Shown: in pieces, positions 47,480 to 57,527 of the stretch
Position numbering within the stretch: the stretch's first letter is position 1
Layout of the letters: each line of letters opens with the position of its first letter
DNA from: an uncultured delta proteobacterium
GTDB lineage: Bacteria > Desulfobacterota > Desulfobacteria > Desulfobacterales > Desulfosalsimonadaceae
Length of the DNA: 64,000 nucleotides
Assembly (NCBI GenBank): GCA_963826785.1
Contig: CAWGYD010000008.1
Coordinates: 320,001 to 384,000, forward strand
Direction of reading: 5' to 3'
The notes under the pieces: model-generated
The model's database searches: none
What the model saw: the letters and a program-made list of their open reading frames with translations, nothing else
What the model was told of the DNA's origin: nothing
Made by a program: the position numbers and the translations under genes

Positions 47480-48401
47480 AAATTTTCCTCCCATGACCTG
47501 CATTGAAGATAATCCCCCCGGGTCAGTATGCCTGGCGATGGGTATCTTCTTGTCATGCCTTATATATGTGGATTCAATCGGTCTGCAATGGAACATGCCT
47601 TCAGACCAGAAAACATGGAATCTCTTCTTCAGACTGATGAGGCGAAGGGGGGTGCCCGAATAAGGCCGGATGAAAAGTGCTGACAATTTATTGCATCTTC
47701 GTGCGCGAAGGAAGGAAGGGGGGAATAATCCTTTTCGAAAAGCAGTGCATTTGGTTCCTGGAGCAGGATGAAGCACATTATCGGTGCTATTCCGCCGGTT
47801 TCGTTCTCCGGCGGTAAAGAGAACAGACGCGCTGTTCTCGAATTCAAGGCTATAAATAACTTTCTCGGCAGAGGACCGCGAATCATTCCACTCAGGGCTT
47901 GATTGCGATGGTGAAAAACCCGCAGGCGCGATGCCAAACACAAGCAGGCAGGTCAGGACTACCCAGAATCGATATTTAAAGGCGGTATTTAACATTTTGA
48001 TACCGATTCGGTGGTTTCTGCCGTTATTTGGGTGAATTTTTTAACCAGTTAAAATTCAATGCGATTTTCTATAGAAAGATAACTCAGATGAACGGCGAAA
48101 ACAATATCGATTGTAAAAAATGGTCCATGGCGGAATATTGTAATGATCGCCATGGGATGGAAAATCGGCGGCGAAGGGCGCAAGGCGCCGTGCAATCAAG
48201 ATTTAAACAGATCTGTTATAAACAATTCCAGGATTGATCTTTCACCAGAGGCGATAATTCCTCCAAATCCACAAATAAAGCCCTTTCAGAACAATTATCT
48301 CACATTGCTTTTTTACCGATTCAATGTTAATCGTTTGGCCGCTAAAACGGGTGCGCAATTGCATCAAAAAAATCCTTTATCTATTTGAATTGGAGACAGT
48401 G

Positions 48402-49064
48402 ATGAAAAAAGCGGCAGCTTATATAACGACGATTTTCTTTGCGATAGGTTTGCTGTTTGGCTGCACCACCGGCCAGCCGAACAAGACAGCGGCAGGCGCT
48501 GGAATTGGTGCCGTGACCGGGGGCGTGGTAGGTGCGGTGATCGGCCACCAATCCGGTCACAAAAAAGGCGGCGCGGTGATCGGAGCGGTGGCCGGCGGAG
48601 CGATCGGCGCCCTCATCGGAAATCGTATGGAGAAGCAGGCAAAGGAGTTGGAGCAGGTCCAGGGCATGGAAGACGTATCCTATGACCCGGAACAGAAGAA
48701 AATTGATGCCACCCTGGATGTTTTGTTCGATTTCGACAAGGCGAATATCCGATCATCCGAACGATCGAAACTCGACGAACTGGCCCGGGTTTTTTCCAAA
48801 TATCCAGAAAACATCGTGATGATTGAAGGGCATACCGATAGCGCGGGGACCGATAATTATAACCTGAATCTGTCGGAGGAACGGGCCCAGAGTGTGGCTG
48901 CCTACCTGAGGTCCCAAAATATCGATATTTCAAGCCTGACGGCCAGAGGATACGGTGAGAGCCGGCCGGTGGCCAGCAATGCCACCGCGGAGGGGCGCGA
49001 GAAGAACCGCCGTGTGGAAATCAAGATCACAGCCGATCCGAGCCGCGTGCCACAGAGCAATTGA
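48402..49064 (+). CDS. OmpA-family lipoprotein with glycine zipper (YiaD-like)
   Basis: Lipobox LLFG-C; GAGIGAVTGG zipper; FDFDK, EGHTD, LSEERAQSV, NRRVEI. Confidence 0.92.
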   Translation: MKKAAAYITTIFFAIGLLFGCTTGQPNKTAAGAGIGAVTGGVVGAVIGHQSGHKKGGAVIGAVAGGAIGALIGNRMEKQAKELEQVQGMEDVSYDPEQKKIDATLDVLFDFDKANIRSSERSKLDELARVFSKYPENIVMIEGHTDSAGTDNYNLNLSEERAQSVAAYLRSQNIDISSLTARGYGESRPVASNATAEGREKNRRVEIKITADPSRVPQSN

Positions 49065-49223
49065 CGTCAACATATCCAACCGATTGGCTCCCCGGCCAAT
49101 ACCGAGGAATCATGCGACTTGAAAAGCGGCATTTTCAACCCTGATCGGGGGGCCGCCGGGCCGAGGCTTTTCCCGGCGACCCCTCATTTCCAATGCGGGT
49201 TTTCACATTGCCGGATGCGGGGA

Positions 49224-49988
49224 TTATCCTGGATAGCTCTCAATTGCAGCCAAAAGGGCGCGGATGTGCCCTTTTATGGTTTCGAAGCCCATGCTTTTTT
49301 TTCCGCTGGCCTCATCCATGTAAAGACTGCGATTGACTTCCACCATTATCGATATCACCCGGCGATTTTTTTGGAAAAATTTCAGGGGCACGATGGTTCC
49401 GGCATAGGGACGATCGATTCCGACGGTAAACCCCCTCTCTTTGAGAAAGGAAACGGCGGTTTCAATCAGCGGCAACCGCGTGTGAACCAGATCCGTCCCG
49501 ATGCAAAAATCCGGCCTTGGCACTGACTGGTCCATGTCGTATGGCAGGGGATGATTTGGAAAACTGTGGCAATCCACGATCAACGCATCACCGCTTGCCT
49601 CCAACTCCGCTTCCACCTCAGCCTGAAGCGCCTGATGATGCTTGTCATAATGCTCAATGATCAGGTCTTCGATTTCCTTTGGACTCAAGTTCCGTTTGAG
49701 CTTATTGCCGCTGGCGGTAAGCGTATATATTTTGCCCATGCCTCTTTTACTCATGGGTTCCAGGTTATCATCGACAAACCGTTCCACATCCACCAGGAGC
49801 CGGGACATGGGGAAGATGACCGGTTTTGCCCCGGGAAAATCATAAAGCTCGTCTGTGTACAGATCCGTCATGAGCAGGAGTTCGGCTCGGAGCGCTTCAT
49901 CCGAAAGAATGAACTGATCTCTTAAGTTTTCGGGAATATTAAGGGATGAATGTGGGATATGCAGAATCATCGCTTTAACATAAACCAT
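49224..49988 (-). CDS. N-formylglutamate amidohydrolase family protein
   Basis: HIPHSS, TDLYTD, SRLLVDVER, DCHSFP, PYAG, MVEVNRSLY. Confidence 0.88.
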   Translation of the reverse strand: MVYVKAMILHIPHSSLNIPENLRDQFILSDEALRAELLLMTDLYTDELYDFPGAKPVIFPMSRLLVDVERFVDDNLEPMSKRGMGKIYTLTASGNKLKRNLSPKEIEDLIIEHYDKHHQALQAEVEAELEASGDALIVDCHSFPNHPLPYDMDQSVPRPDFCIGTDLVHTRLPLIETAVSFLKERGFTVGIDRPYAGTIVPLKFFQKNRRVISIMVEVNRSLYMDEASGKKSMGFETIKGHIRALLAAIESYPG

Positions 49989-50052
49989 TTGCGGGGGATG
50001 CTCAAGAGGCTAAATTGAAGCCCGGCCATTGGATCTGCCATTTTGCGCCTTT

Positions 50053-50499
50053 CTATACGGCCACCTTGATCACCACCTTGTGGATCAAAGAAGCGGAAAC
50101 CATGGGAGCGTGTGCATCTTCAGGAAAAAAGGCGGCAAACTGCCCTGCGTGAACGTGTACCCGGGTATCAGGGGTGTCGTAAAAAAATTGAAGATCCCTG
50201 TCCGGGTCATAGCCGGCCACTTTGCGTGCGCATCCGGACCGGGGTTTCCAACCGATTGAGTCCGTTCCATGGAGCACCACCTGGATATCGATGTACGCAT
50301 TATGGATTTCGAGCAAGGCCTTCTCGGGCGGCTTACCAACTTCTTTGATCACCAGCGCATAGATTTCATTTCCGCCGAGTTCGTGCCGGCCGCAGGGCAG
50401 GTCGGCGAGATCGACCCTTTGAAGAAAAGCGGCCGCGGCCGGAAAGAGACGATGCATCGATTCATAATGGGCCAGGCGGCCGATGACATCCAAAATCAT
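50053..50499 (-). CDS. YhcH/YjgK/YiaL family protein
   Basis: LEIHNAYIDIQ, FFPEDAHAP, KVVIKV. Confidence 0.9.
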   Translation of the reverse strand: MILDVIGRLAHYESMHRLFPAAAAFLQRVDLADLPCGRHELGGNEIYALVIKEVGKPPEKALLEIHNAYIDIQVVLHGTDSIGWKPRSGCARKVAGYDPDRDLQFFYDTPDTRVHVHAGQFAAFFPEDAHAPMVSASLIHKVVIKVAV

Positions 50500-51632
50500 A
50501 ACGTTGCTGCCCTCATTTCCGGTTCAAGTTCCCCGAATGGGTCGTCGGTATACAGAAACCCAAAGTCCTTTCTGACCCGTTCGTCTGATATACCGAAATC
50601 CGCCAGGGTTTTCACCTGGTGTTTCCGCTGATACGATTTCTGCTTTTGCGCCTGAAGCGATACAGCCTCGCGCAGCGCCTCACTGGGTTTGATTCCCGTA
50701 AACTCGACGATCTGCTCAAACATGGGGATCAACTCCCTGCGCAGCTTTTGATATGGAACGATCAGCACCTTTTTTCTATCGATTTCATTTTTGTGCCACA
50801 AATCATAAAAATACCGGTACAATTCCAGACTGGCCTGGTATCGGCGGTTGTAGTAATTGGCTTTCTGCTTTTCGGAAAACCGGTGCATTCCCCACAAAAT
50901 ATCGAGCGTATTGTAATTTAACGATAGATAGGACGGCAGGGTATCTTCGGGCATGCGGTGCATATAGATAAAACGGGCATCCGGAAATACGTCGAGAAGC
51001 GTCTTGATCCGATGGGTGGAAAAATGGGTCTGGGCAAAAATCTGTGTTTTGCCGGTATCATGGATATGGCGCTTGAAAATGGATTGTAAAAACCGGGCCG
51101 ACTTGATTCTTCTTTTTTCCGGCTGAAGGTCATGGAAGCGGATTTCCCGATAGTCGTTTTCGACAAATCCCAGCGGTGTGCCGATGATCACGAACTGAGT
51201 GTCGTGGTTGTGCAGGAAGAGCATTTCGTCTTCCTCCACCGAATCCAGAGCAATCTGGTGGCCGGCCGCCTCCGGGATGAGCACAACCGGTTGTTTCCGC
51301 GTCAAAAACCGCACGATCGGGCCGACGATTTTCCGGGCCGTAAGCGCGGGAAACAGCAGCTGCCAGGTGGTAAAAGCGGCCATTTCCCCCGTCTGGGTAA
51401 ACAGGTGATGGATGAAGGTGGTGCCGCTTCGGGGATGCCCGATGATAAATACCGGCCGTTTGACTTTCACCTTTCGGAATTTCGGGAAGAACAGATGATC
51501 GAGAAACAGCGTCACGGCAGTGAAAAAAGAATGCACCATGAAAAACAGGATCACCATAACAAAGAAAGCAAAATTTTTGCTGAACCCGAACAATTCCCAG
51601 CTGGCTGCCAGCCCCTGCCTGTACATTCTCAT
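50496..51632 (-). CDS. Sulfotransferase (family 3, Stf3-like)
   Basis: PAPS-binding FIIGHPRSGTTFIH, EEDE, FPDARFIYMHR. Confidence 0.85.
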   Translation of the reverse strand: MRMYRQGLAASWELFGFSKNFAFFVMVILFFMVHSFFTAVTLFLDHLFFPKFRKVKVKRPVFIIGHPRSGTTFIHHLFTQTGEMAAFTTWQLLFPALTARKIVGPIVRFLTRKQPVVLIPEAAGHQIALDSVEEDEMLFLHNHDTQFVIIGTPLGFVENDYREIRFHDLQPEKRRIKSARFLQSIFKRHIHDTGKTQIFAQTHFSTHRIKTLLDVFPDARFIYMHRMPEDTLPSYLSLNYNTLDILWGMHRFSEKQKANYYNRRYQASLELYRYFYDLWHKNEIDRKKVLIVPYQKLRRELIPMFEQIVEFTGIKPSEALREAVSLQAQKQKSYQRKHQVKTLADFGISDERVRKDFGFLYTDDPFGELEPEMRAATL

Positions 51633-51692
51633 GCGGGCCTTCCTTCCTGGTAAGGGATAAATTAGATCAAAACTAACCGTTTTCTATTTGCT

Positions 51693-51995
51693 TTGCAACA
51701 TGCAAACAGGGGCACGATTCATCCTCAAAAAATGCGGGTTCGAGCCGGAGAGTCGGATATGGTTGACGCTTCGGGAAATTTTTTACGCCGATGCGATGAT
51801 AAGGTCATGATGTATCCCATGCTGGAGATGGCGGGGTTCAGAAGCTTTTTTATCGATGAGATTCTGTATGTCTACAACATATACGAAAAGGATTTTCAGG
51901 TGGGGAAAGGTGCAAACATCACTCAAAGGTGGTATTTGCGCTGCATCCGTTCAATTCTCAAGCGTAAAGACCGTTATTCACCCATCGATACGTAA
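51693..51995 (+). pseudogene. Remnant C-terminal fragment of a GT2-like glycosyltransferase
   Basis: DKVMMYPMLEMAG...FIDEILYVYN resembles GT2 C-termini; no N-terminal catalytic domain upstream. Confidence 0.5.
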
Positions 51996-52057
51996 ATACG
52001 CAGGCCTCTGAAAAAAGGCCCCGCAGGTTTTTCCCGGCAACGGTCATGTCCGGTTTG

Positions 52058-52831
52058 TCAGCGCTTCCGACGGATCGTCATGGGGCTGACCGGGTCGGGC
52101 TTGGGGTGGTAGGGCAGATGCCTGAGAAAATAAAGGCGGGCCGCCTCTAAGAAGATGCGCGGCTTGGTCAGATGCGGGATGGCGGGATGGCGCGCCAGCA
52201 TCCGCAGATGACCGGCACGCGTCAGCGCACGCCCCCTGCCCCACAGGCGCGCCTCAAAGAGGGGCTCGTTTTCCTTGACCAGGTGAATGCGGACATCGAG
52301 TTCATCGCCGGGCGGGGAGAATAAAAATTCGTAATTCCCCTCCAGATCGTTAAACGGTGAAACATGAAACGCCTTTTTGGCGGCATACCGCATCGACTCC
52401 GGCGTGGATGCCCCGGGGTCCGCGTCGGGCACATAGACATGGCGCTCCCCGAAGGTATTGTTCACCTCCACCACCATGGCGCTGACCGCACCGCCTGCGT
52501 CAAAGCAGTAATAAAAACTGACCGGGTTGAACACATAGTTGAGATACCGGGCCGAGGTGACCAGCATGACAGACGCGGTTTCTGCCCGCGCGTCCTCCGG
52601 CAGAAACCGCATGAGTTTTTCCCGGATGCCGCCGGGGCCAGCGTCCAGGTAATCGGCATCGTGAACCGATGCCGGCCGCACCCGGTTGTACCCGAAAAAC
52701 GGCAGCCGCCGGTCCAGTTGTGCCAGTTCGTCCAGATAAAGCCCATAGACGTAGATCGGATACCGGAAGCGGTGCACCGTCGGCCGGTGCCGGGTATGTT
52801 CCACGAACCCTTCATATATTTTCGATTTCAT
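52058..52831 (-). CDS. DUF1365 family protein
   Basis: HTRHRP..HRFRY, YVFNPVSFYYC, EVNNTFGERH, KAFHVSPF. Confidence 0.92.
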   Translation of the reverse strand: MKSKIYEGFVEHTRHRPTVHRFRYPIYVYGLYLDELAQLDRRLPFFGYNRVRPASVHDADYLDAGPGGIREKLMRFLPEDARAETASVMLVTSARYLNYVFNPVSFYYCFDAGGAVSAMVVEVNNTFGERHVYVPDADPGASTPESMRYAAKKAFHVSPFNDLEGNYEFLFSPPGDELDVRIHLVKENEPLFEARLWGRGRALTRAGHLRMLARHPAIPHLTKPRIFLEAARLYFLRHLPYHPKPDPVSPMTIRRKR

Positions 52832-54087
52832 AGGTCGATCCCGAAATCCTTTCCCACGGCCACCGCCGACATCACCGCATCTTCGTGAAAGCCGTAGCGG
52901 AAATAGCTGCCGCAGAACCAGGTGGAGTTCACCCCGTTCAAGGCCGGCAGGTCGGTCTGGGATTCCACGGCTGCCGAACTGAAGATGGGGTGCGCGTACT
53001 GGAGATCCGCGATGATGTGCCCCGGGTCGATGACGCGCCCCGGATTCAGGGTGACGCAGTAATGATGCTCCGAAGACAGCTGCTGGAGCAGGTTCATGTA
53101 ATAGGTCAGGGTCACCGCCTGGTCGACCATCCCGGACCCGCGTTCATAATTCCAGGAGGCCCGCGCCTTCAAAAGCGGGGGAAGACAGGAAGAATCCCGG
53201 TGAAGAACCGCCCGGTTGCCGGCATAGCGCCAGGCGGACAGCAGTCGGGCTTCGGCATCCGAAGGATCGGAAAGCATGGCCAGGGCCTCATCGGCATGGG
53301 CGGCGATGACCACTTTGTCGTGCACGGCCTCGCCCCCATCGGTCCACAGGCGCACCCGGCCGTCTTCCCGGGCGATCTTTCGGACCGGCCGGGCCGTATG
53401 CACGTGTCCTGTAAACTGGTTCAGAAACGCCTTGACGTACTCATGGCTGCCCCCCTTAATCGTGTACCACTGGGGATGTCCGGAAACGGTCAGGAGCCCG
53501 TGATTTTCAAAGAACCGGGCGAAGGTGTCGGCGGGAAATGCCAGCATGTCCTTGTCCGCCGACGACCAGATGGCCGCGCCCATGGGGACGATATAGCGCT
53601 CGGCAAACCGGGCGCTGAAGTTGTATTGCTTCAGATACTCCTCCAGGGTCAACCCTTGCAGTTTCCGCTGCTCCAGCAGCCGCCGGGTCAGCCGGTTAAA
53701 CCGGATGATTTCGAGAAGAAACCGCCAGAATGACGGCCGCAGGCGATTTCTGGGGTCGGCAAACAGGGCCGAACTGTTGTAGGTGAACCCCGTCCCGGAA
53801 TCCCAGTAGGAAAAGGACATGGGGCTTTTCAGACGGGAAACCCCCAGCTGTTCGATAAAGCGGATGAAATGGGGATAGGTGCGGTCATTGTGAACGATAA
53901 ATCCCGTGTCCACGGGGGTATGGATCCCGTTTCCTTCATCGACCGCCACGGTGTGGGTGTGGCCGCCCACATAATCATTTTTTTCATACAGAGTGACCCG
54001 ATGGCGGCGCTGCAACAGGTAGGCGGCCACAATGCCGGCCACCCCGCCGCCGACAACGGCAATGTCCAGATCGGATGGATTAGTCAT
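52828..54087 (-). CDS. FAD-dependent oxidoreductase (COG2907, amine-oxidase-like)
   Basis: Start at ATG 54087 (MTNPSDLDIAVVGGGVAG); GGHTHT, VDTGFIVHN, PMGAAIWS, FFENHGLL, YGFHED. Confidence 0.92.
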   Translation of the reverse strand: MTNPSDLDIAVVGGGVAGIVAAYLLQRRHRVTLYEKNDYVGGHTHTVAVDEGNGIHTPVDTGFIVHNDRTYPHFIRFIEQLGVSRLKSPMSFSYWDSGTGFTYNSSALFADPRNRLRPSFWRFLLEIIRFNRLTRRLLEQRKLQGLTLEEYLKQYNFSARFAERYIVPMGAAIWSSADKDMLAFPADTFARFFENHGLLTVSGHPQWYTIKGGSHEYVKAFLNQFTGHVHTARPVRKIAREDGRVRLWTDGGEAVHDKVVIAAHADEALAMLSDPSDAEARLLSAWRYAGNRAVLHRDSSCLPPLLKARASWNYERGSGMVDQAVTLTYYMNLLQQLSSEHHYCVTLNPGRVIDPGHIIADLQYAHPIFSSAAVESQTDLPALNGVNSTWFCGSYFRYGFHEDAVMSAVAVGKDFGIDL

Positions 54088-54875
54088 AGGCGCTCCTTCT
54101 TCGGAAACCAGGGGATAAACGCACTGGTCCGGTTGATATAGTCCCGGTACTCGGGGTTGTCCGAAAACTCGGTTTCCTCCATCAGCGTGACCCCGGTGAT
54201 TCGCAGCAGGGTATAGGTGATGACGATGGGGCTGATGATGGTCCACGCGCCCCAGACGGTGGAGAGCACGATCACGAATATGCCCCACCAGGCCAGGGAT
54301 TCCCCGAAATAGTTCGGGTGGCGGCTGTAGCGCCAGAGGCCGCGATCCATGACATGGCCCCGGTTTTCGGGCCGGGACAGAAACTGCGACAACTGGAGAT
54401 CCGACAGGGTCTCCACAACAAATCCGGTGGTCCAGATCAGCACCCCGAGCGCATCGAGCCAGGTCAGGTATGCCGGTGTCGCCGCGATCTGGCCGTACTG
54501 CACCCCCAGAGAGATAATCCACTGGAAGAGCGCCTGGACCAGAAAAACCTTGAACAGGCTCACCAGCCAGAAGCGTTCGCCGTATTTTTCCCGCCAGGCG
54601 GCATACCGGGGATCTTCGTCCTTTCCCCGGCTGCGGGTATACATGTGGGAAAACAGCCGCAGCCCCCACAGGGTCACCAGGATGACCAGGATGATTTTTC
54701 GACCGATGAACCCGTTCGCCTGGAAAAAGGTCAGCCAGGCGATGAGCACAAAGCCCAGCCCCCAGAGGCTGTCGGCGATGGTGACATTTTGCCGGTAAAG
54801 ACTGATGCACCATCCCACCAGCATCAGTCCGGCGGCCGCCAGGAGATTGAAGGCAAACAGCATCACGATATCCAT
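54084..54875 (-). CDS. DUF1295 family membrane protein (steroid 5-alpha-reductase-like)
   Basis: ADSLWG, EDPRY, GLWRYSRHPNYFGE, FIPWFP. Confidence 0.92.
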   Translation of the reverse strand: MDIVMLFAFNLLAAAGLMLVGWCISLYRQNVTIADSLWGLGFVLIAWLTFFQANGFIGRKIILVILVTLWGLRLFSHMYTRSRGKDEDPRYAAWREKYGERFWLVSLFKVFLVQALFQWIISLGVQYGQIAATPAYLTWLDALGVLIWTTGFVVETLSDLQLSQFLSRPENRGHVMDRGLWRYSRHPNYFGESLAWWGIFVIVLSTVWGAWTIISPIVITYTLLRITGVTLMEETEFSDNPEYRDYINRTSAFIPWFPKKERL

Positions 54876-54899
54876 TTGACGACTCCTCTTCCTCCTCGG

Positions 54900-56309
54900 T
54901 TAGATGGGCCGGCCGCCGATCACGCGACCGGGGTTCAAGGGATCATGAACCGGATGGCCGGCGGCCCGTTCATCGATGGCTGCGCGGATCTGCCGGTGCA
55001 GCTCCCCGCTGATGGGATAATAGAGCGCAACCCCTATGGCCACTGCATTGCACAGGCAGGGCACCAGGGCGTACAGAACACGCAGGGTCATGACCACCGA
55101 TTCGGATTGCACGATATTGGGCTGATACCCGGCCGCCCCGAGCAGGGCCAGTCCGGCGCCCACCCCCAGTGCGGCGGCCATTTTCTTGGCGATCGACCAC
55201 AGGCCGATGTACAGGCCCTCGCGCCGCTCATCGGTGACCAGTTCGTCATAATCGATCACATCGGCCTGGATGGCCGACGGGATGGCCAGGGTGGCCCCGA
55301 ACCCGATGCCCGACAAAAAGACCAGGATGCCGTACATAACTTCATCTCCGGGCCCCAGAAAAAAGACCCAGAAGAACGCACCGGTATTGACCGCCATGGA
55401 GGCGATCCAGACGGCTTTTTTCCCGGTCTTCCCCGAAGCGTATACCCACAGGGGCAGAAAAGCGACCCCCGTGACGAAATAGAGCATCAGAAACAGGTCC
55501 GCCCGGGGCGAATGGAGCACATACTCCACGTAATACAGGATGAGGGTGGCCGGGAGGTTGTTCCCCACGGCGCTGATGGTATAGGCGATCAGCAGAATCC
55601 GAAACGGCCGGTTGCTCAGGCTGGACCGGATCCACTCCACAATCCGCATGTTTGCATACACATCCCGCCGGGCGCGCTCCCTGAAGGTGATCACGCACCA
55701 GGCGCATGCCGCCAGGATCAGCGGCGTGTAGGCAAGCGACAGGATGAAAAAGGTGTCCCGCTCCCCCCCGGGGCCCTCCCCCAGACCGGCGATCCACTTG
55801 ACCGCCCCCGGGGATGCGGCCGCCACCAGCGTGCCGGCGATCAGGGCGCCATCGCGCATGGAAAACAGGGAAGTCCGCTCATCATAATCATAGGTGAGTT
55901 CCGGCCCTAATGCTTCGTAGGGAACAATGACCACCGTCCAGAACAGAAAAAGTAAAAATATCAAAATCATGAACCAGATGGTGGCCGCATTTTCACCCAT
56001 TCCGGCCGGCGGATTGAACAGCAGCAGGATGGCCCCCACCGTGAGCACCGCCCCCGCGGCGATCAGCGGGCGCCGCCGCCCCATGGGCGTGCGCAGCCGG
56101 TCGGACACAAGGCCGATGGCCGGGTCCGTGACCGCATCGAAGAGCCTCACCACCAGCAGAATCGCCCCCAGGGCGGTGATATGCACCCCCACCACGTCGG
56201 TGTAGAATTTCGGGATATAGACGTATACGGGGATGCCCACCACCGCCAGGGCGAATGCCGGCGCCGCATAGGCAAGTTTTTCCGTCCACGACAGTGTCTT
56301 CACGGTCAT
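54900..56309 (-). CDS. MFS transporter (GPH/MelB-like family)
   Basis: DAVTDPAIG, GRRRP, ELTYDYDERT, ADVIDYDE...RREGLY. Confidence 0.9.
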   Translation of the reverse strand: MTVKTLSWTEKLAYAAPAFALAVVGIPVYVYIPKFYTDVVGVHITALGAILLVVRLFDAVTDPAIGLVSDRLRTPMGRRRPLIAAGAVLTVGAILLLFNPPAGMGENAATIWFMILIFLLFLFWTVVIVPYEALGPELTYDYDERTSLFSMRDGALIAGTLVAAASPGAVKWIAGLGEGPGGERDTFFILSLAYTPLILAACAWCVITFRERARRDVYANMRIVEWIRSSLSNRPFRILLIAYTISAVGNNLPATLILYYVEYVLHSPRADLFLMLYFVTGVAFLPLWVYASGKTGKKAVWIASMAVNTGAFFWVFFLGPGDEVMYGILVFLSGIGFGATLAIPSAIQADVIDYDELVTDERREGLYIGLWSIAKKMAAALGVGAGLALLGAAGYQPNIVQSESVVMTLRVLYALVPCLCNAVAIGVALYYPISGELHRQIRAAIDERAAGHPVHDPLNPGRVIGGRPI

Positions 56310-56869
56310 CTCTTTCCGAGCAGGCGATCCCGAAATGACGTGTCAATGGGGTTTTTTCCGATCCAGATGGAGAAAAACGCCGCTGAGAAGTCAGGGCCGG
56401 GAACCGATCCTAAAACCTGGTCGTTTAACGCCAGCTGCGTCCCCTTCCCCGGGATATAGGTGGCCGTGTAGCGGTCCCCCGGCTCAACATCCTGATAAAA
56501 GCGGTTCAACTGCGCAATTTTTCCTTCAAGATCTCTAAACGCTTCCGAAGATACATTCTTTTCGATCATCCGGGTGGTGGCCTCGGCAAAGTCTTTCGCA
56601 TCGATGGCGTGAAAATAATGGAGGACCAGGCGGCGGGGGACAAAACCGTCCAGCGCCTTTTCAGATGGCACCTCCGGCTCCAGATAGAATGCACCCACAT
56701 AGGCCTTGATAAAGACCATGTAGCGCAGCAGGGCGGTTCCCCGCAGGTCCAGTTCACGGCCGTCCACCACCTGCCGTTCGGGAAAGGTCACGCCTTCGAT
56801 GCTGGCCGCACCGGCCGGTCCGGCCATAAACAGGATTGCTGCCATGATGATGCGCATATGTTTCTGCAT
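56306..56869 (-). CDS. Chalcone-isomerase-like exported protein
   Basis: Signal peptide; GVTFPE, LRGTALLRY..IKAYVGAFY, FFSIWIG..P. Confidence 0.85.
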   Translation of the reverse strand: MQKHMRIIMAAILFMAGPAGAASIEGVTFPERQVVDGRELDLRGTALLRYMVFIKAYVGAFYLEPEVPSEKALDGFVPRRLVLHYFHAIDAKDFAEATTRMIEKNVSSEAFRDLEGKIAQLNRFYQDVEPGDRYTATYIPGKGTQLALNDQVLGSVPGPDFSAAFFSIWIGKNPIDTSFRDRLLGKR

Positions 56870-57022
56870 GGACGTCCCTCCCCTGATTTTATGTTCGGTT
56901 CGCGACCTGATTTTGCCAGACCAGGCCAATTGTAATGCGCACGCCCTGCATTTCAATCAAATTGCATTTATCTAATACAAATACTATATATCAAATATAT
57001 AAATATAAAAGGGGGACTTGAG

Positions 57023-57463
57023 ATGGACTATTTTTTGACTTCCGCATTTTTCAAGGTCGCCGGCATATCGATCGTCATTTTCATCATTCTCGATCTGCTC
57101 TGGCTGGCGGTCATCGCCCAGCCCATCTACTTCAGGCAGCTGGGCTATCTCGCTTCGATTGAAAACGGCCGGATCACCTTCAATCTGCCGGTGGGGCTCC
57201 TGGTGCAGGCCATTATCGCAGTGGGGCTGGCCGTGTTTATCTCCATGGGGCTGCTCATTGACAACCGCCTGACAGTTGCCATCGGCGTCGGCGCATTTTC
57301 CGGGTTCGTGCTCTATTGCACCTATGACCTGACCAATCTTTCCTTTATCAAAGGATACCCGGTGTCCGTCACCCTCATCGATATTGCATGGGGAACCGCC
57401 CAGGGAATATTCGCGGGATTTTACGTGTTCTACCTGACCCGGATTTTTTCACCGGCTGCCTGA
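57023..57463 (+). CDS. DUF2177 family membrane protein
   Basis: LDLLWL, YCTYDLTN, IDIAWG. Confidence 0.88.
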   Translation: MDYFLTSAFFKVAGISIVIFIILDLLWLAVIAQPIYFRQLGYLASIENGRITFNLPVGLLVQAIIAVGLAVFISMGLLIDNRLTVAIGVGAFSGFVLYCTYDLTNLSFIKGYPVSVTLIDIAWGTAQGIFAGFYVFYLTRIFSPAA

Positions 57464-57527
57464 TGCGGATGAACTGATGATCGATTTTGCAATACCCCTT
57501 GGTCGCTTCCCCGCGGGGGCGGATCCT

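Noticed and set aside
47633..47675. CTGATGAG...CGAA resembling a hammerhead ribozyme core
   Set aside because: GAAA is replaced by GAAT, stem II pairs poorly, and no stems I or III were found
54088..54813. N-terminal 240-aa extension of ORF 52828..54813
   Set aside because: It overlaps the DUF1295 gene in another frame; the FAD-binding motif starts right after ATG 54087
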